Shown one piece after another: positions 1-11,849 of a stretch of 64,000 bases of DNA (position 1 is the first letter of the stretch; every line of letters begins with the position of its first letter). This stretch comes from an uncultured Alphaproteobacteria bacterium (GTDB taxonomy: Bacteria > Pseudomonadota > Alphaproteobacteria > Rhizobiales > Xanthobacteraceae). The notes below the pieces were generated by a model that had not been told where the DNA came from, did no database searches, and was given only the letters and a program-made list of their open reading frames with translations. Location of the stretch: contig CAVQIB010000007.1 in NCBI GenBank assembly GCA_963712435.1, forward strand, positions 866 to 64,865, in the 5' to 3' direction. The translations under genes were made by a program, and so were the position numbers.

Positions 1-41
1 GGTGCCCGGGCACGGACCGCAGCAGGTCCGCCACGTTGTAG

Positions 42-579
42 CTAAGCATGGACCCGCGACTCCAGGGGCATGTCCGCCGGGAAGCTCGCCTCGCGCACGG
101 GCGGCGCCGGCTCTGCGGGCACGGCCTCGTCGGGATGACGCTCGTCGAGCATGGTGATGCCCCGCCGGATGCTCTGGAGCGCCTTGACGCATTCGCCTTC
201 CAGGCGCACCAGGACGGTCGCGGCGTACTGGTCCGCGCCGCGCCGGATGTCATCCGCGTCGCTGTTGCCCTGGGCGATCGATCTGCTGCGAGCGGATCTC
301 GGCGGCCCGCGTGAGCTCCCGCTCCTCGATGAGGAAGGCGGCCTGCTCCTGGGCACGTGCCAGGATGCGCTCGGCCTCCTCCTGGGCACGCTCCACGAGG
401 CGGGTCGTCTCCTCGTTGATGCGCTTGGCCTGCCGGATCTCCTCGGGCACGGCGACGCGCAGCTGGTCGATGAGGTCGAGCGCGCCGACCTGGTCCACGA
501 CCACGGAGTTGGTCATGGGCATGCGGCGGCCGTTGGCGATCAGCGCCTCGAGACGTTCGATGAGGAAGATGATGTCGAT
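42..579 (-). CDS. DivIVA/ATP synthase b-like coiled-coil protein (conserved coaD neighbour); one frameshift near 270
   Basis: ORF 250..522 (MPMTNSVVVDQ..LRVAVPEEIRQAKRI) extends in frame upstream to ATC at 579 (IDIIFLIERLEALIANGRR) and continues in ORF 42..389 (ADDIRRGADQYAATVLVRLE). Confidence 0.7.
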
Positions 580-636
580 GGGACGGGACCTGAAGCGGGA
601 CGTAGCAGCACGGGATTGTATCGCACCCCGGGGCTG

Positions 637-1121
637 CTACGGTCGCGAGCCGCCGAATCGACCGCCCGCGGGCACCATCGAGCTGACGTCCCCGCCGAGG
701 CCCGCGATCTCGCGCACCATGGTGGAGCTGACGTAGGCGTGCTCGATGTCGGTCATGAAGAACACGGTGTCGATGTCCGGGCGCCAGGCGCCGGTTGAGC
801 TGGGCCATCTGGAGCTCCGACTCGAAGTCGCTGATGGCCCGCAGGCCGCGCACGATCGACGTGGCGCCGAGCTGGCCGCGCCAGCTCCACGGTCAGCCCG
901 TCGAAGCTGATGACCTCGATGCCCCGATCGCCGCCGGGCAGCTCCGCGAGCGACTCGCGGATGACCGCGATGCGGGTGTCGAGGTCCATGCTCGGCTGCT
1001 TGCGGGAGTTGACGAGCACCGCCACGGTGACCAGGTCGAACACGGCGCGTGCGCGGGCCACGATGTCCAGGTGGCCCAGCGTGATGGGATCGAACGTGCC
1101 CGGGTAGACGGCGTGCCTCAT
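637..1121 (-). CDS. coaD: Phosphopantetheine adenylyltransferase (frameshifted in this sequence)
   Basis: MRHAVYPGTFDPITLGHLDIV (HxGH motif); C-terminal DTVFFMTDIEHAYVSSTMVREIA; ATGA overlap with rsmD. Confidence 0.92.
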
Positions 1122-1704
1122 GCGTCCAGCCTGCGGTACCACGTCAAGGCCGTGTCGCTGAACCGGCGCTCGCGGCCCCGGACGAGGCAGCCCACGCAGC
1201 GCTCCGGTCGCCAGCGCCAGGAGTGCTTGGCCACGACCACCGCCCGCGGCAGCAGCCAGGCTCGATCGGGGTCGGCCAGCCGCGCGAGCGTCGCCGCGAG
1301 GAGCGTCCGTGTCGGCGTAGGGCGGGTCGACGACCACCCCCGAGAACGGTCCCCCGGCGGCGCCCGGCGTCACCATCGAGGAACCGGAGCACGTCCGCAC
1401 GCACCACCCGGCCGCCCTCGAGGGCCGTCCGGCGCAGGTTGTCCGCGATCACCCGCGCGGCCCCGGCGTCGCGCTCCACGAACACCGCGGTCGGTGCGCC
1501 ACGACTGAGCGCCTCGATGCCCGCCGCGCCGCTGCCCGCGAACAGGTCCAGGAACGGGCCGCCGAGCGGCTCGTCCGGGTCGGCCTCGAGGGTCCCGAAG
1601 AGGGCCTGCTTCACCCGGTCCCCGAACGGCCGGGTGCCCTCCCCGGGCGCCGCCAGGCGCAGACCGGCGGCGCGACCGCTGATGACCCGCCCGGCGTCAG
1701 CCAT
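1118..1704 (-). CDS. rsmD: 16S rRNA m2G966 methyltransferase (frameshifted)
   Basis: GRVISGRAAGLRL..TRPFGDRVKQALF..LDLFAGSGAAGIEALSRGA; DPPY in the second frame; recG-rsmD-coaD gene order. Confidence 0.9.
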
Positions 1705-2020
1705 CGATCTCGTCCGCGCCCAGCACGTCGCCCGCGCCGATGCGCGCCAGCCAGCCGCTGGTCAGCTCCCGCTCCAGCGCGGCCGTGGCCGCGCGAGCAG
1801 GCGGCCGTCGGGTCCCACCAGCGAGCTCCGCCTGGCGCCGCGCCACGAGCGACAGCTCGCGGTGTCGGGGGTCGGCCAGGCGCGCGACCCGCAGTGGCGG
1901 CAGGCCGCTCTGTCGCAGCCCCAGGAGCTCCCCTTCCTTGCGCAGCGCGATGTCCAGCTCGGCCAGCTCGAAGCCGTCGGTCGTGCGCTGGACGGCCCGC
2001 AGCCGGGTCATGGCCGTGGA
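1697..2020 (-). pseudogene. recG: RecG helicase, C-terminal ~105 aa only (truncated at the junction)
   Basis: TTDGFELAELDIALRKEGELLGLRQSGLP is the RecG TRG motif; no upstream helicase sequence present. Confidence 0.85.
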
Positions 2021-2023
2021 GAG

Positions 2024-5000
2024 ATGGCGCAATACTGGCCCGAACTGGTCATCAACTACGACAATATGGGAAGCTTGTTGCTAGGAAATATCAGCGCGCT
2101 CTCGCCCAGCACGATCCTGAGCTTCGACGGTTCCGGCTTCGACGCGACCCGCGTTCAAAACCCTGCGGTCGTTCGACGCGGGCAGCGGGTCATGTCATGC
2201 TCTATGGCGGGTTGCCGTTCGGCAACAACTACCAGATTGGATTGGCAACATCGCCCGATGGCGCGACCTGGACGCCGTATTCCGCCGATCCCGTCATTTC
2301 CAATGCGGGAAGCCCGTCATGGGCGGCGTTTCGGGAATTCCCCGTGACGCTGATGTACGAGAACGGCATCTACAAGCTCTGGTTCAATGGAAGTAACAGC
2401 AACCTTGCCTCCGATCCCGGCTACGGCACCGGGTTCGGCTATGCGACATCGACTGATGCGGTTCACTGGACGTTCGACTCCAACGATCCAATTCGCTGGG
2501 AATTGAACAGCCCGAACGGGAACGGAGATCAGTTTGCAGGAAGTCGTCAAGCTTGACGGCCAGTACTATGCCTATTTCGTCGACGCCAGTCCCACCGGCA
2601 CTGTCCTCTACCAAGCCGTTTCGAGCGATGGCGTCCATTTCTCGGGCGATACGCCCGTTGTACTGGCAAGCGGCTACGATTTCGTGGCTGCGACCACGGC
2701 CAAGCTGGGCGGGGTTGACAATATTCTGGCGGTCCTGAGCAAGGACGGGCTCTCCTATTACGCAACATCGACCGATGGCGTGAATTTCGCCATCGGCGGG
2801 AGCATCGATCTTCCAACCGATTTCAGCATTCAGGATATCCAGGTCCAGAACGGCCAAATCCAGTTTTTTGGGTCTCACGGCGTTGGCAACGTCAACTGGA
2901 GCTATGGTAATGCGGTCATCGAATACGCGACCGCACCCTTACCCGCGCTTGCCGGCAATGACGGCAACGATACGCTCGACGGCGGGCCAGGCATCGACAC
3001 GCTGGCGGGCGGCGCCGGCGCCGATACCTTTGTCTTTGCCGCCGGCTACAATGCGGACACGATCACCGATTTCTCGGGTCTGATGGGCCACGACGGAATT
3101 GCCGGACACGGCGAAGGGGGACAAGATCGACCTCACGGGAATGCCGGGCGTCCATACGCTCGGCCGATGTGCTGGCGCACGCTACGCAGGTAAATCCTGC
3201 CGATCCTGTCGTGATCGACTTCGGCAACGGCGACACGCTGACGCTGCCGAACTTCGAAATGACGATCTCAGGGCCGAGGACTTCGTCTTCAGCGCACCCG
3301 TCGACGCGATCGCTCCGTCGGCGCCGATCGTCAACAGCATCGATCCTGACAGCGGGTCGAGTGGAAGCGACGGCTATACCAATCAGGCTGCCGTGACGGT
3401 GAGCGGGACCGCCGAACCGAATAGTACCGTGAAACTGTTCGACGGTCCCACGCAGGTCGGCACCATCGTGGCAGACGCCGCCGGCGTCTGGAGCATTGGG
3501 AATGTCGCGCTTAACTCGGAGGCAGTCGGTCCGACGATCGTCCCGGTGGTCCACACCCTGACGGCGACCGCAACCGATGCGTCTGGCAACACGAGCGCGC
3601 CGTCTGCAATCTTCACTGCAATTTACGACAGTGGTCCTCCGGCGGTGACGGAGAGCTTGCTCAACGACACGGGTATCTCGCCCAGTGATTTGATTACCTC
3701 CGACCCCACGCTCACCGGTTCCGGCGATGCCAACGCGGTGGTGCATTTCACGATCGATGGAAATTCCGTTGCCACGACGGCGACGGCAGACGCCAACGGT
3801 GTCTGGACGTTCACCCCGACGGGACTTGCCGCCGGTCAGCACACGATCGTGGCGAGTGAGACGGATGCCGCCGGAAATACCGGAACGGCATCGCTGACGG
3901 TTACGCTGTCCGGCGTAACGATCGACGGCACAGCAGAAAACGACACGATTGATGCGACCCACACGGTCGCAGGGCAATCGCTGCCGACCGACTACAATGA
4001 TATCATCAATGGTCTGGGCGGCAACGATATCCTCTATGGCCTCGCCGGCAATGACTTGCTGGACGGTGGATCCGGGGCCGACACGATGCTCGGGGGTGCC
4101 GGTAACGACGCCTACGTCGTCGATAATGTCGGCGACGTGGTGACGGAGAATCCGGCGAGGGCATCGATACAGTTCTGTCGTCGGTCTCGTATGCGCTTGG
4201 CGCCGATGTCGAGAATTTGATATTGACCGGAGCGGCGAACATCAACGGCACCGGCAACGGACTCGACAACGTCATCACCGGGAACTCCGGCAACAATGTC
4301 CTGGCGGGTCTCGGAGGAGCCGATGCGCTGGATGGCGGGCCCGGCACCGACCGTGCGTCCTATTCGACAGCATCCACCGGGCTAACAGCCAGCCTGGGCA
4401 ATCCCGCACAAAATACCGGAGATGCCCAAGGCGATACCTATGTCAGCATCGAAGGACTTCAGGGTACCGGTTTCGCCGATACGTTGATCGGCGACGGCAG
4501 CAATAATTTCCTGATTGGCGGACCCGGCGCCGACATACTGAACGGTGGCGCTGGCAACGACACGGCTGATTACCGCACCGCCACACAAGGCCTCACCGCC
4601 GATCTCGCCACCCCCGCGAACAATACCGGGGATGCCGCGGGCGACACCTTCATTTCGATCGAACGCCTGCGCGGCAGCAACTTCGATGATCGTCTCTACG
4701 GAAACAGTCTGAGCAATACGCTCGACGGCGGCAGCGGCGCCGACTATCTCGATGGGCGCAGCGGATTCGACTATGCTAGGTATTCGTCTGCGACGTCGGG
4801 CGTAATTGCCAGCCTCGCCGATCCGACCCAGAATACCGGCTTCGCCGCCGGTGACACCTATGTTTCGATCGAGGGCCTCTGGGGCAGCGACTTCAGCGAT
4901 ACCTTGATTGGCGATGCCAACGGAAATTACCTCGATGGTGGCGCCGGCGGGGATCTGCTCGATGGCCGCGGTGGCTTCGATTATGCCCGCTATCAATCGG

Positions 5001-8000
5001 CTACCGCTGCCGTCACGGCCAGCCTGACAAATCCGGCCATCAACACCGGTGACGCGGCCGGCGACAGCTATGTTTCGATCGAAGGGCTTGATGGCAGCAA
5101 TTTCAATGACGCCCTGATGGGCGATGCGAATTTGAACATCCTGACGGGCGAGCAAGGCGCTGACATTCTCGATGGCCAGGGCAACTTTGACTACGCAGCC
5201 TACTGGAATTCGTCGATTGGCCTGACCGTCAGTCTTAGCACGCCAGCGATCAATACCGCAGAAGCCGTGGGAGACATGTATCTCTCGATCGAGGGACTGA
5301 TCGGATCGAATTTCAATGACATCCTGATCGGCGATGGCAACAGCAATTGGCTGGTCGGAGGAACCGGCGCGGATTCCCTGGATGGGCAGGGGGGCATCGA
5401 TTTCGCGGCCTATTGGACCGCTGCGACCGGCTTGACCGCCAGCCTCGCCAATCCGGCGAACAACACGGGCGATGCCGCCGGCGACAGCTACACCTCGATA
5501 GAGAGCCTGGTGGGGTCCAGTTTCAGTGACTGGCTCATCGGAGACGCCAACGGAAACATCCTGGCCGGCGGGCCCAGCGGCGACGTTCTCGATGGTGGCA
5601 ATGGATTCGATTACGCCAGCTACAACACGAATGGACCAAGCGGCGTGGTCGCGAGTTTGTCCAATCCCGCGAGCAACACGGGGGATGCGGCGGGCGACAC
5701 ATACTTTTCCATTGAGGGGCTCATAGGGACCGCGTTCGCCGATGTTCTGACGGGCGACGGGCAAAACAATACCTTGCAGGGGATCGCAGGCAATGATCGT
5801 CTAGACGGAGGATCGGGCGCGGATATTCTAATCGGCGGATCCGGCGCCGACACCTTTGTCTACGCTCCGGGTGGCGGCGCGGATACCTTCACCGATTTCT
5901 CCCATGCTGAGGGCGACAAGATCGATCTGACCGGTGTACCCGGCATGTATTCCCTCGCGCGCGTTCTGTCGTACGCCACCGAATCGAATGGGACGACCGT
6001 CATCGACTTCGGTGGTGGCGACACCATAACGCTCTTGGGCCTGACTTTGGCTAACCTTACAATGAATGATTTCGTCTTCGCGACCAATCACGTGCCTGCC
6101 AACATCGTTTTGTCCAACGACGGGATCGCCGAGAACAGCATCAGCGGGACGATCGTCGGCGTGCTTTCGGCGATCGATCCGGACGCTGGCGAGATATTTA
6201 CCTACACGCTGCCGGGTAATCCCGGGAACCTGTTCGCCATCGATGGATCGAACCTCGTGGTCGCTGGGCCGCTCGATTACGAAGCTGCCACCTCGTACGA
6301 CGTCACCGTGCGCGTCACCGATTCAGCGAACAATACGTTCGACAAAACGATCACGCTCGCTGTTGCCGACATCAATGACAACGCTCCGGTGATCACGACC
6401 GCTACAACGCAGGCGGTGACCGAGGATACGAGTTTCGTTGCGGCTCTGACAACGACGGATGTCGACACGGTCGGCGCCAATCCCGCGTCGTTCTCGATCA
6501 CGGGTGGGGCAGACGCGGCTCGGTTCGACATCGTCGGCGGCAATCTGGTGTTCAAGACCGCACCCGACTACGAGGCCGACCCGCACAGCTACCAGGTGCA
6601 GGTGACCGCGAGTGATGGGGCCAATACTACCTCTGAACTGATCACCGTGAGCGTGGCGAACGTTCCCGGCGTCACCATCAACGGCACGTCGGCCAACGAT
6701 CTGATCGACGCGACGCACACCGTTGCGGGCCAGCCGCTGCCCACCAACGAGGAGGACGTCATCAACGGCGGCGCCGGACGCGATACCATCAGCGGCCTCG
6801 GCGGCAACGACCTTCTGAACGGCGGGGCCAATGCCGACACGATGATCGGCGGAGCGGGCAACGACACCTATGTGGTCGACAACACCGGCGACGTGGTGAC
6901 GGAGAATCCCGGCGAGGGCACCGACACGGTCCAGTCCTCGATCAATCATACGCTCGGCGCCAATGTCGAGAACCTGACGCTGACCGGAGCCGCGAACATC
7001 AACGGCACCGGTAACGAATTCGCCAATGTCATCACCGGCAACAGCGGCAACAACGTGCTTGCAGGCCGTGGCGGCGCGGATACGCTCGATGGTGTGCTCG
7101 GAACCGATACGGCGACCTATGCGGCCTCCGCTGCCGGGGTCGCCGTCAGCTTGGCGACCGGGCGCGGCGCCGGCGGGGATGCCGAAGGCGACACGCTCGT
7201 TAACGTCGAAAACCTCACCGGCTCTGCCTTCAGCGATACGCTGGAGGGGAATCTGGCAATAACGTATTGGCTGGCGGTGGCGGGATTGACACGGTTTCCT
7301 ATCAGCACGCTGCAGCCGCAGTGACGATCAGTCTAGCGGTAACGGCCGCGCAAAGCACACTTGGGGCGGGAACGGACACGCTGAGAGGCTTTGAGAACCT
7401 CACCGGATCGCTCTTCGACGACATGCTGACGGGATCCTCGGCGAGCAACATCCTGATCGGTCTCGACGGCGACGACCTGCTCAATGGTGGCGGCGGCACC
7501 GATACGCTGGTCGGCGGCAGTGGCAACGATCTTTTGAACGGCGGGAGCAATGCCGACACGATGATCGGCGGAACCGGAGATGACGCTTATGTGGTCGATG
7601 CCAGGGGTGACGTGGTGACAGAGGAACTCGGCGGGGGCACGGATACGGTCCAATCCTCGATCGCCTATGCGCTCGGCGCCAATGTCGAGAACCTGATACT
7701 AACCGGGACGGCGAACATCAACGGCTCCGGTAACGAACTCGACAACGTGATCACGGGTAACACCGGCAACAATCTGCTCGCCGGCCTTGGCGGCGCCGAC
7801 TTGCTCGATGGCGGGCTTGGAGCCGACAGAGCGACCTATACGGCCTCCAGCGCCGCGGTCAATGTCAGCCTGGCGACCGGGCACGGCAGCGGCGGCGAAC
7901 TCTGAAGGCGATTTACTCGTCAACATCGAGAATTTCTGACCGGCTCGGTCTTCAACGACACGATCGAGGGTGATAGCGGCAACAACGCGCTGGCCGGAGG

Positions 8001-8556
8001 CGGCGGTACCGATACGGTTTCCTATGAGCACGCCGCAGCGGCCGTGACGGTCAGTTTTGCGATAACCGGCGCGCAGAACACGATCGGTGCCGGCTCCGAC
8101 ACCCTGACCGCCTTCGCGAACCTGACTGGCTCGGCCTTCGATGATACCCTCACCGGGTCGTCAGCCAGCAATGCTCTGACGGGCCTCGACGGCAACGACC
8201 GGCTGATCGGGGGTAACGGCGCGGATACCCTGATCGGCGGCGCGGGCAACGACACCTTTGTATTCACCGCGTTGTCGAACAGCACGCCGGCGAGCCCAGA
8301 CACGATCACGGACTTCACGCATGGCTTCGACAAAATCGATTTGTCGGCGATCGATGCAAACACGGCCGCCGGCGGAAACCAGGCGTTCGTGTTTGCCGGT
8401 CAGAATTCCAATGCGGTTGCGCACAGCGTTACGTGGTTCGAGAGTGAGGGGAATACGATCGTTCAGGCCGACGTGAACGGCAATACCACAGCGGACTTCC
8501 TGCTTGTGCTAACCGGCATGAATCTCAACCTCTCCGCATCGGACTTCCAGCTATGA
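2024..8556 (+). CDS. Giant RTX (Ca-binding) surface/secreted protein: N-terminal glycoside hydrolase-like beta-propeller, Ig-like domains, two cadherin-like domains, serralysin-type C-terminus; split by several frameshifts
   Basis: Contiguous ORFs 1894-2556, 2534-3193, 3099-4220, 4217-7324, 7267-7905 and 8044-8556. Many GGxGxD nonapeptides; [13 protein letters not shown] and [10 protein letters not shown] propeller repeats; [15 protein letters not shown] Ig-like motif; LDYE cadherin motif; [22 protein letters not shown]-terminus. Confidence 0.88.
4349..5830 (+). repeat. Seven tandem ~210-bp (70-aa) coding repeats in the RTX gene
   Basis: Unit [49 protein letters not shown]..GGxGADxLDG counted seven times in ORF 4217..7324. 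Confidence 0.9.
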
Positions 8557-8577
8557 CGACCGCTTGTCTTCATTAGA

Positions 8578-9825
8578 CTAGTCGCTCGCTTCAACCAATT
8601 TGAAAGGATATGATTTGTGATTCAATTCGTCGCCACTCTGGCGACGGAGGCGATCATGGCTGCGAAGGAGATTTCGGTAAAGAAGTATGTGGTGCGGCTG
8701 AGCGCCGAGGAGCGCGAACAGCTTGAAGCGCTGATCCGCAAGGGAAAGAGCGCGGCGCACCGGCTGTTGAAGGCGCGGATATTGTTGAAGGCGGATGTCT
8801 CGGAAGCCGGCGAAGGCTGGAGTGACAGCCGGATCGTCAAGGCTTTGGAGACCAACGCCCTCGATGGTTTACCGGGTGCGCAAGCAACTGGTGGAAGAGG
8901 GCTTTGAGGCGGTGCTGAGCCGCAAGCCACGGGCGACGCCGGCGGTGCCGCGGATTTTCGACGGCGAGAAGGAAGCCAAACTGATCGCTCTGGCCTGTTC
9001 CAAACCGCCCAAGGGCCGCGCCCGCTGGACCTTGCGGCTGCTGGAGAACAAGGTCGTGGAACTCGGCATCGTCGAGCGCGCCAGCGACTCAACGATCGGG
9101 CGGACGCTCAAAAAAACACTCTCAAGCCGCATCGCCGGCAGTGCTGGGTCATCCCGCCGAAGGCCAACAGCGCGTTCGTCGCCGCCATGGAAGACGTGCT
9201 GGCCGTCTACACGCGGCCACGCGATCCGGATTGTCCGCTGGTCTGTCTGGACGAGACCTCAAAGCAACTGCATCGCCGAGACGCGCGTGCCGATCCCGAT
9301 GAAGCCGGGACGCCCGGCCCGGTTCGATTACGAGTACGAGCGCAACGGCACCGCCAACCTCTTCATGATGTTCGCGCCGCTCGAAGGCTGGCGCCACGTC
9401 AAGGTCACGGATCGCCATACCGCTGTGGACTACGCTCACGTCTTGAAGGATTTGGCCGATCGCCACTTCGCCCACGCCAAGACCATCGTTCTGGTCCAGG
9501 ACAATCTCAACATCCACAGCAAGGCGTCACTCTACGAGGCCTTTCCCGCCGCCGAAGCCAGGCGGCTGGTCGAGCGCTTCGAATGGCACTACACCCCAAA
9601 GCACGGCAGCTGGCTCAATCTGGCGGAATCCGAACTCGGCGTCCTGTCGCCCCAGTGCCTCGACCGCCGCATCCCCGACAAGCAAACCCTCATCGAGGAA
9701 ATCGCCGCCTGGCAGGACGACCGCAATGCCAACCACGCCAAGGCCAACTGGCACTTCACAACCCCAGATGCTCGCATCAAACTCAAGCACCTCTACCCTT
9801 CAATCTGAATAAATCGGGCGACTAG
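8578..9825 (+). mobile_element. IS630-family insertion sequence
   Basis: Ends CTAGTCGCTCGCTTCAA (8578) and AATAAATCGGGCGACTAG (9825) form imperfect terminal inverted repeats with CTAG/TA at both ends; encloses a DDE transposase. Confidence 0.92.
8657..9808 (+). CDS. IS630 transposase (HTH orfA + DDE orfB joined at an A7C slippery site; extra indels)
   Basis: KYVVRLSAEEREQL..RWTLRLL; VCLDETSKQ, VQDNLNIH, HYTPKHGSWLNLAESE catalytic motifs; AAAAAAAC at 9110-9117. Confidence 0.9.
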
Positions 9826-10195
9826 TGTTGACTTGGCTCGGACGGGCGTAATAGTCCGCGCCCGTCGTCAATCATTTTTCGTAACGACGTGGCTGGTCCT
9901 CTCGCGGTCATTCTGTGCCCACGACACCGAATTGAATCACAAGTTAGGTGACTTGTGAGCATCAGCGCGCGCGGGGCCCGTGGACGCCCGACCAGTTTCG
10001 TCGGTGAGGTTCATCAGGCATCCGGCGCGCTGGCGGTAATCCGAACCAGGACAGCACCGGGAAGGGGCAAGGAATCGGTCGGTTCAATGCGCGGGGCCGG
10101 GGCGCTGCAACGGCGCTGATCCTGAAGGATCGGAGTTCGTGGAGCCGGGACGGAAGCGATGGCTCGCCACCAGCAAAGGACTGTTGCTAGCGGCC

Positions 10196-10411
10196 TCACC
10201 TGACTTCATCGGACGTGCGCTTCGGTCGCCAAGCGACGGGGTCTGTGATCCAGCTGACGATGTCGGACTCATGCCAGCCGCTACCGTTGACGCTGATCTT
10301 GATCTGCGGCGGGAACGTACCCTCGGCGATCTTGCGGTATATGGTGGAGCGGGAAAGCCCGGTCCGGGCGAGGACGGTTTTCAAACGGACGATCCGTTCT
10401 GGTTCGCGCAT
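10196..10411 (-). CDS. AlpA-family regulator/excisionase
   Basis: IVRLKTVLARTGLSRSTIYRKIAEGTFPPQIKIS...GWHESDI. Confidence 0.9.
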   Translation of the reverse strand: MREPERIVRLKTVLARTGLSRSTIYRKIAEGTFPPQIKISVNGSGWHESDIVSWITDPVAWRPKRTSDEVR

Positions 10412-10540
10412 GGCCGCGCTGCCTCCTGCTGGCTATTCCTGACGGCTTCTGAGACCAAACAGGACGAGTAGTTGCGGGTGGACAAGAGGGCTGTTCGATC
10501 CGTCGAAGCGTAGGCGAGGAATCGGCGGCAATCGGATAGG

Positions 10541-11731
10541 TCAGATTTCGAGGCGCCGACCTCTGCCGATGTCAAGGCCGTGGGTGAAGGCCAACTCCTG
10601 GCCGAGCCTACGGCCTGAATGCGAAGGCGATGCCGAGCTCCCGCTTGCGGTTGGCGAGGATGGATTCCAGCTGCGGATCGCGTTCGAGGTTTTTGGCCAT
10701 ATTGCCCATCGCCGAGCGCGTCGCCCTGTAGGCGGAAATGTCGCCGGCCCGATACTGGCCCTGGCTGGCCTGGTCGAGTTTCTGCCAGCGCTCCACGAAG
10801 CGGTTGGCGCGGTGGCCCGGATCTGTTCGCAGTTCGGTTTCGAGTTGAAGCGCGCGAATGGCGCGGTTGATCTGGCCGCCAGCCGCCTCGCGGCAGAGTT
10901 CCGGGTTCTTCTTGTAGGCGGCTTCGGCGTCGTGCGAGCCATGGGGCCGCACCTCCTCGAAGACCTTGCGGGCCTCCTGCAATTCCTTCACCTGCGCCGG
11001 GCTAGCCTTGCCGCCCCGCTCCTCCACATCGAAGATCGCCTCCACGGCACGAGCATGACGTTTCAGCGCATCGGTGCGGACCTTACGCAGTGCCGCTTCC
11101 GGATTGTTCGCCACCTTCCGTTCCTGCTCTTCCCGTTCCGGAACTTCCGCCCGTCGTCCAATCCAGGCATCGCTTCAGCAGCCGGCCGGCAGGCCGTCGA
11201 ACATGTTGCGGACCTTCTCCGGCACAACCTTGCGCACGATCTCAGCGACGCGCTCGCGGAAGGTGATGCCCCGCCGCTCGGCATAGTTTTGGACCGGATC
11301 GGCGCGCTCATAATCCGATGCCATGTCCTTGGAGCGGTCACGCGACAGGGTGCGGGTGAGCCGGTCCTGACTGGCAAAATCGTCGCGTCCGTAATGCAGG
11401 TCCATGCCGTGGCGGTGCCGCGACAACGCGACATAGCTGCCATGGGCGTCCATGCCCGGTGTCGCCAGAACATGGGTGCGATCGATAGTCATGCCCTGCG
11501 CCTTGTGGATGGTCGCGGCATAACCGTGGTCGATCCTGCTGTAGTCCTTGAGGTCAAACGCGACAATCCGTCCGTCATCGGTGCGCACCGTCATGGATTG
11601 CGCACTTACCTGTTCGATGGTCCCGAGCGTGCCGTTCCTGACGCCAAGCCCGCGTTCGTTCTGCAGGAACATGACGCGATCCCCGCTGGCGAAGTCTCTC
11701 GCGCCCCGCTCGACCGTCAGACGAATTTCCG
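10541..11731 (-). pseudogene. traA: Ti-type conjugative relaxase TraA, C-terminal helicase/tail part only; relaxase domain deleted
   Basis: GDRVMFLQNERGLGVRNGTLGTI, DHGYAATIHKAQGMTIDR and YVALSRHR (RecD-like motifs); typical tail LERDPQLESILANRKRELGI. Confidence 0.88.
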
Positions 11732-11849
11732 CGCCCTCCCTCGAAAAATCTCGGGAAGGATCGCACCGTCTCAGCCCGTCCTGACGACCCTACAGCATTG
11801 TCTCACGTGCTCGTCTATCATTTCTCCATCAACGCTCAAGGAGACACTG

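Noticed and set aside
4349-5830. Regular ~210-bp periodicity as a possible CRISPR or non-coding array
   Set aside because: Units are in-frame, degenerate at synonymous positions and encode RTX repeats; no constant repeat/unique spacer pattern and no cas genes.
9880-10195. Short ORFs between the IS630 and AlpA gene
   Set aside because: No recognisable motifs or clear RBS; probably decayed island sequence.
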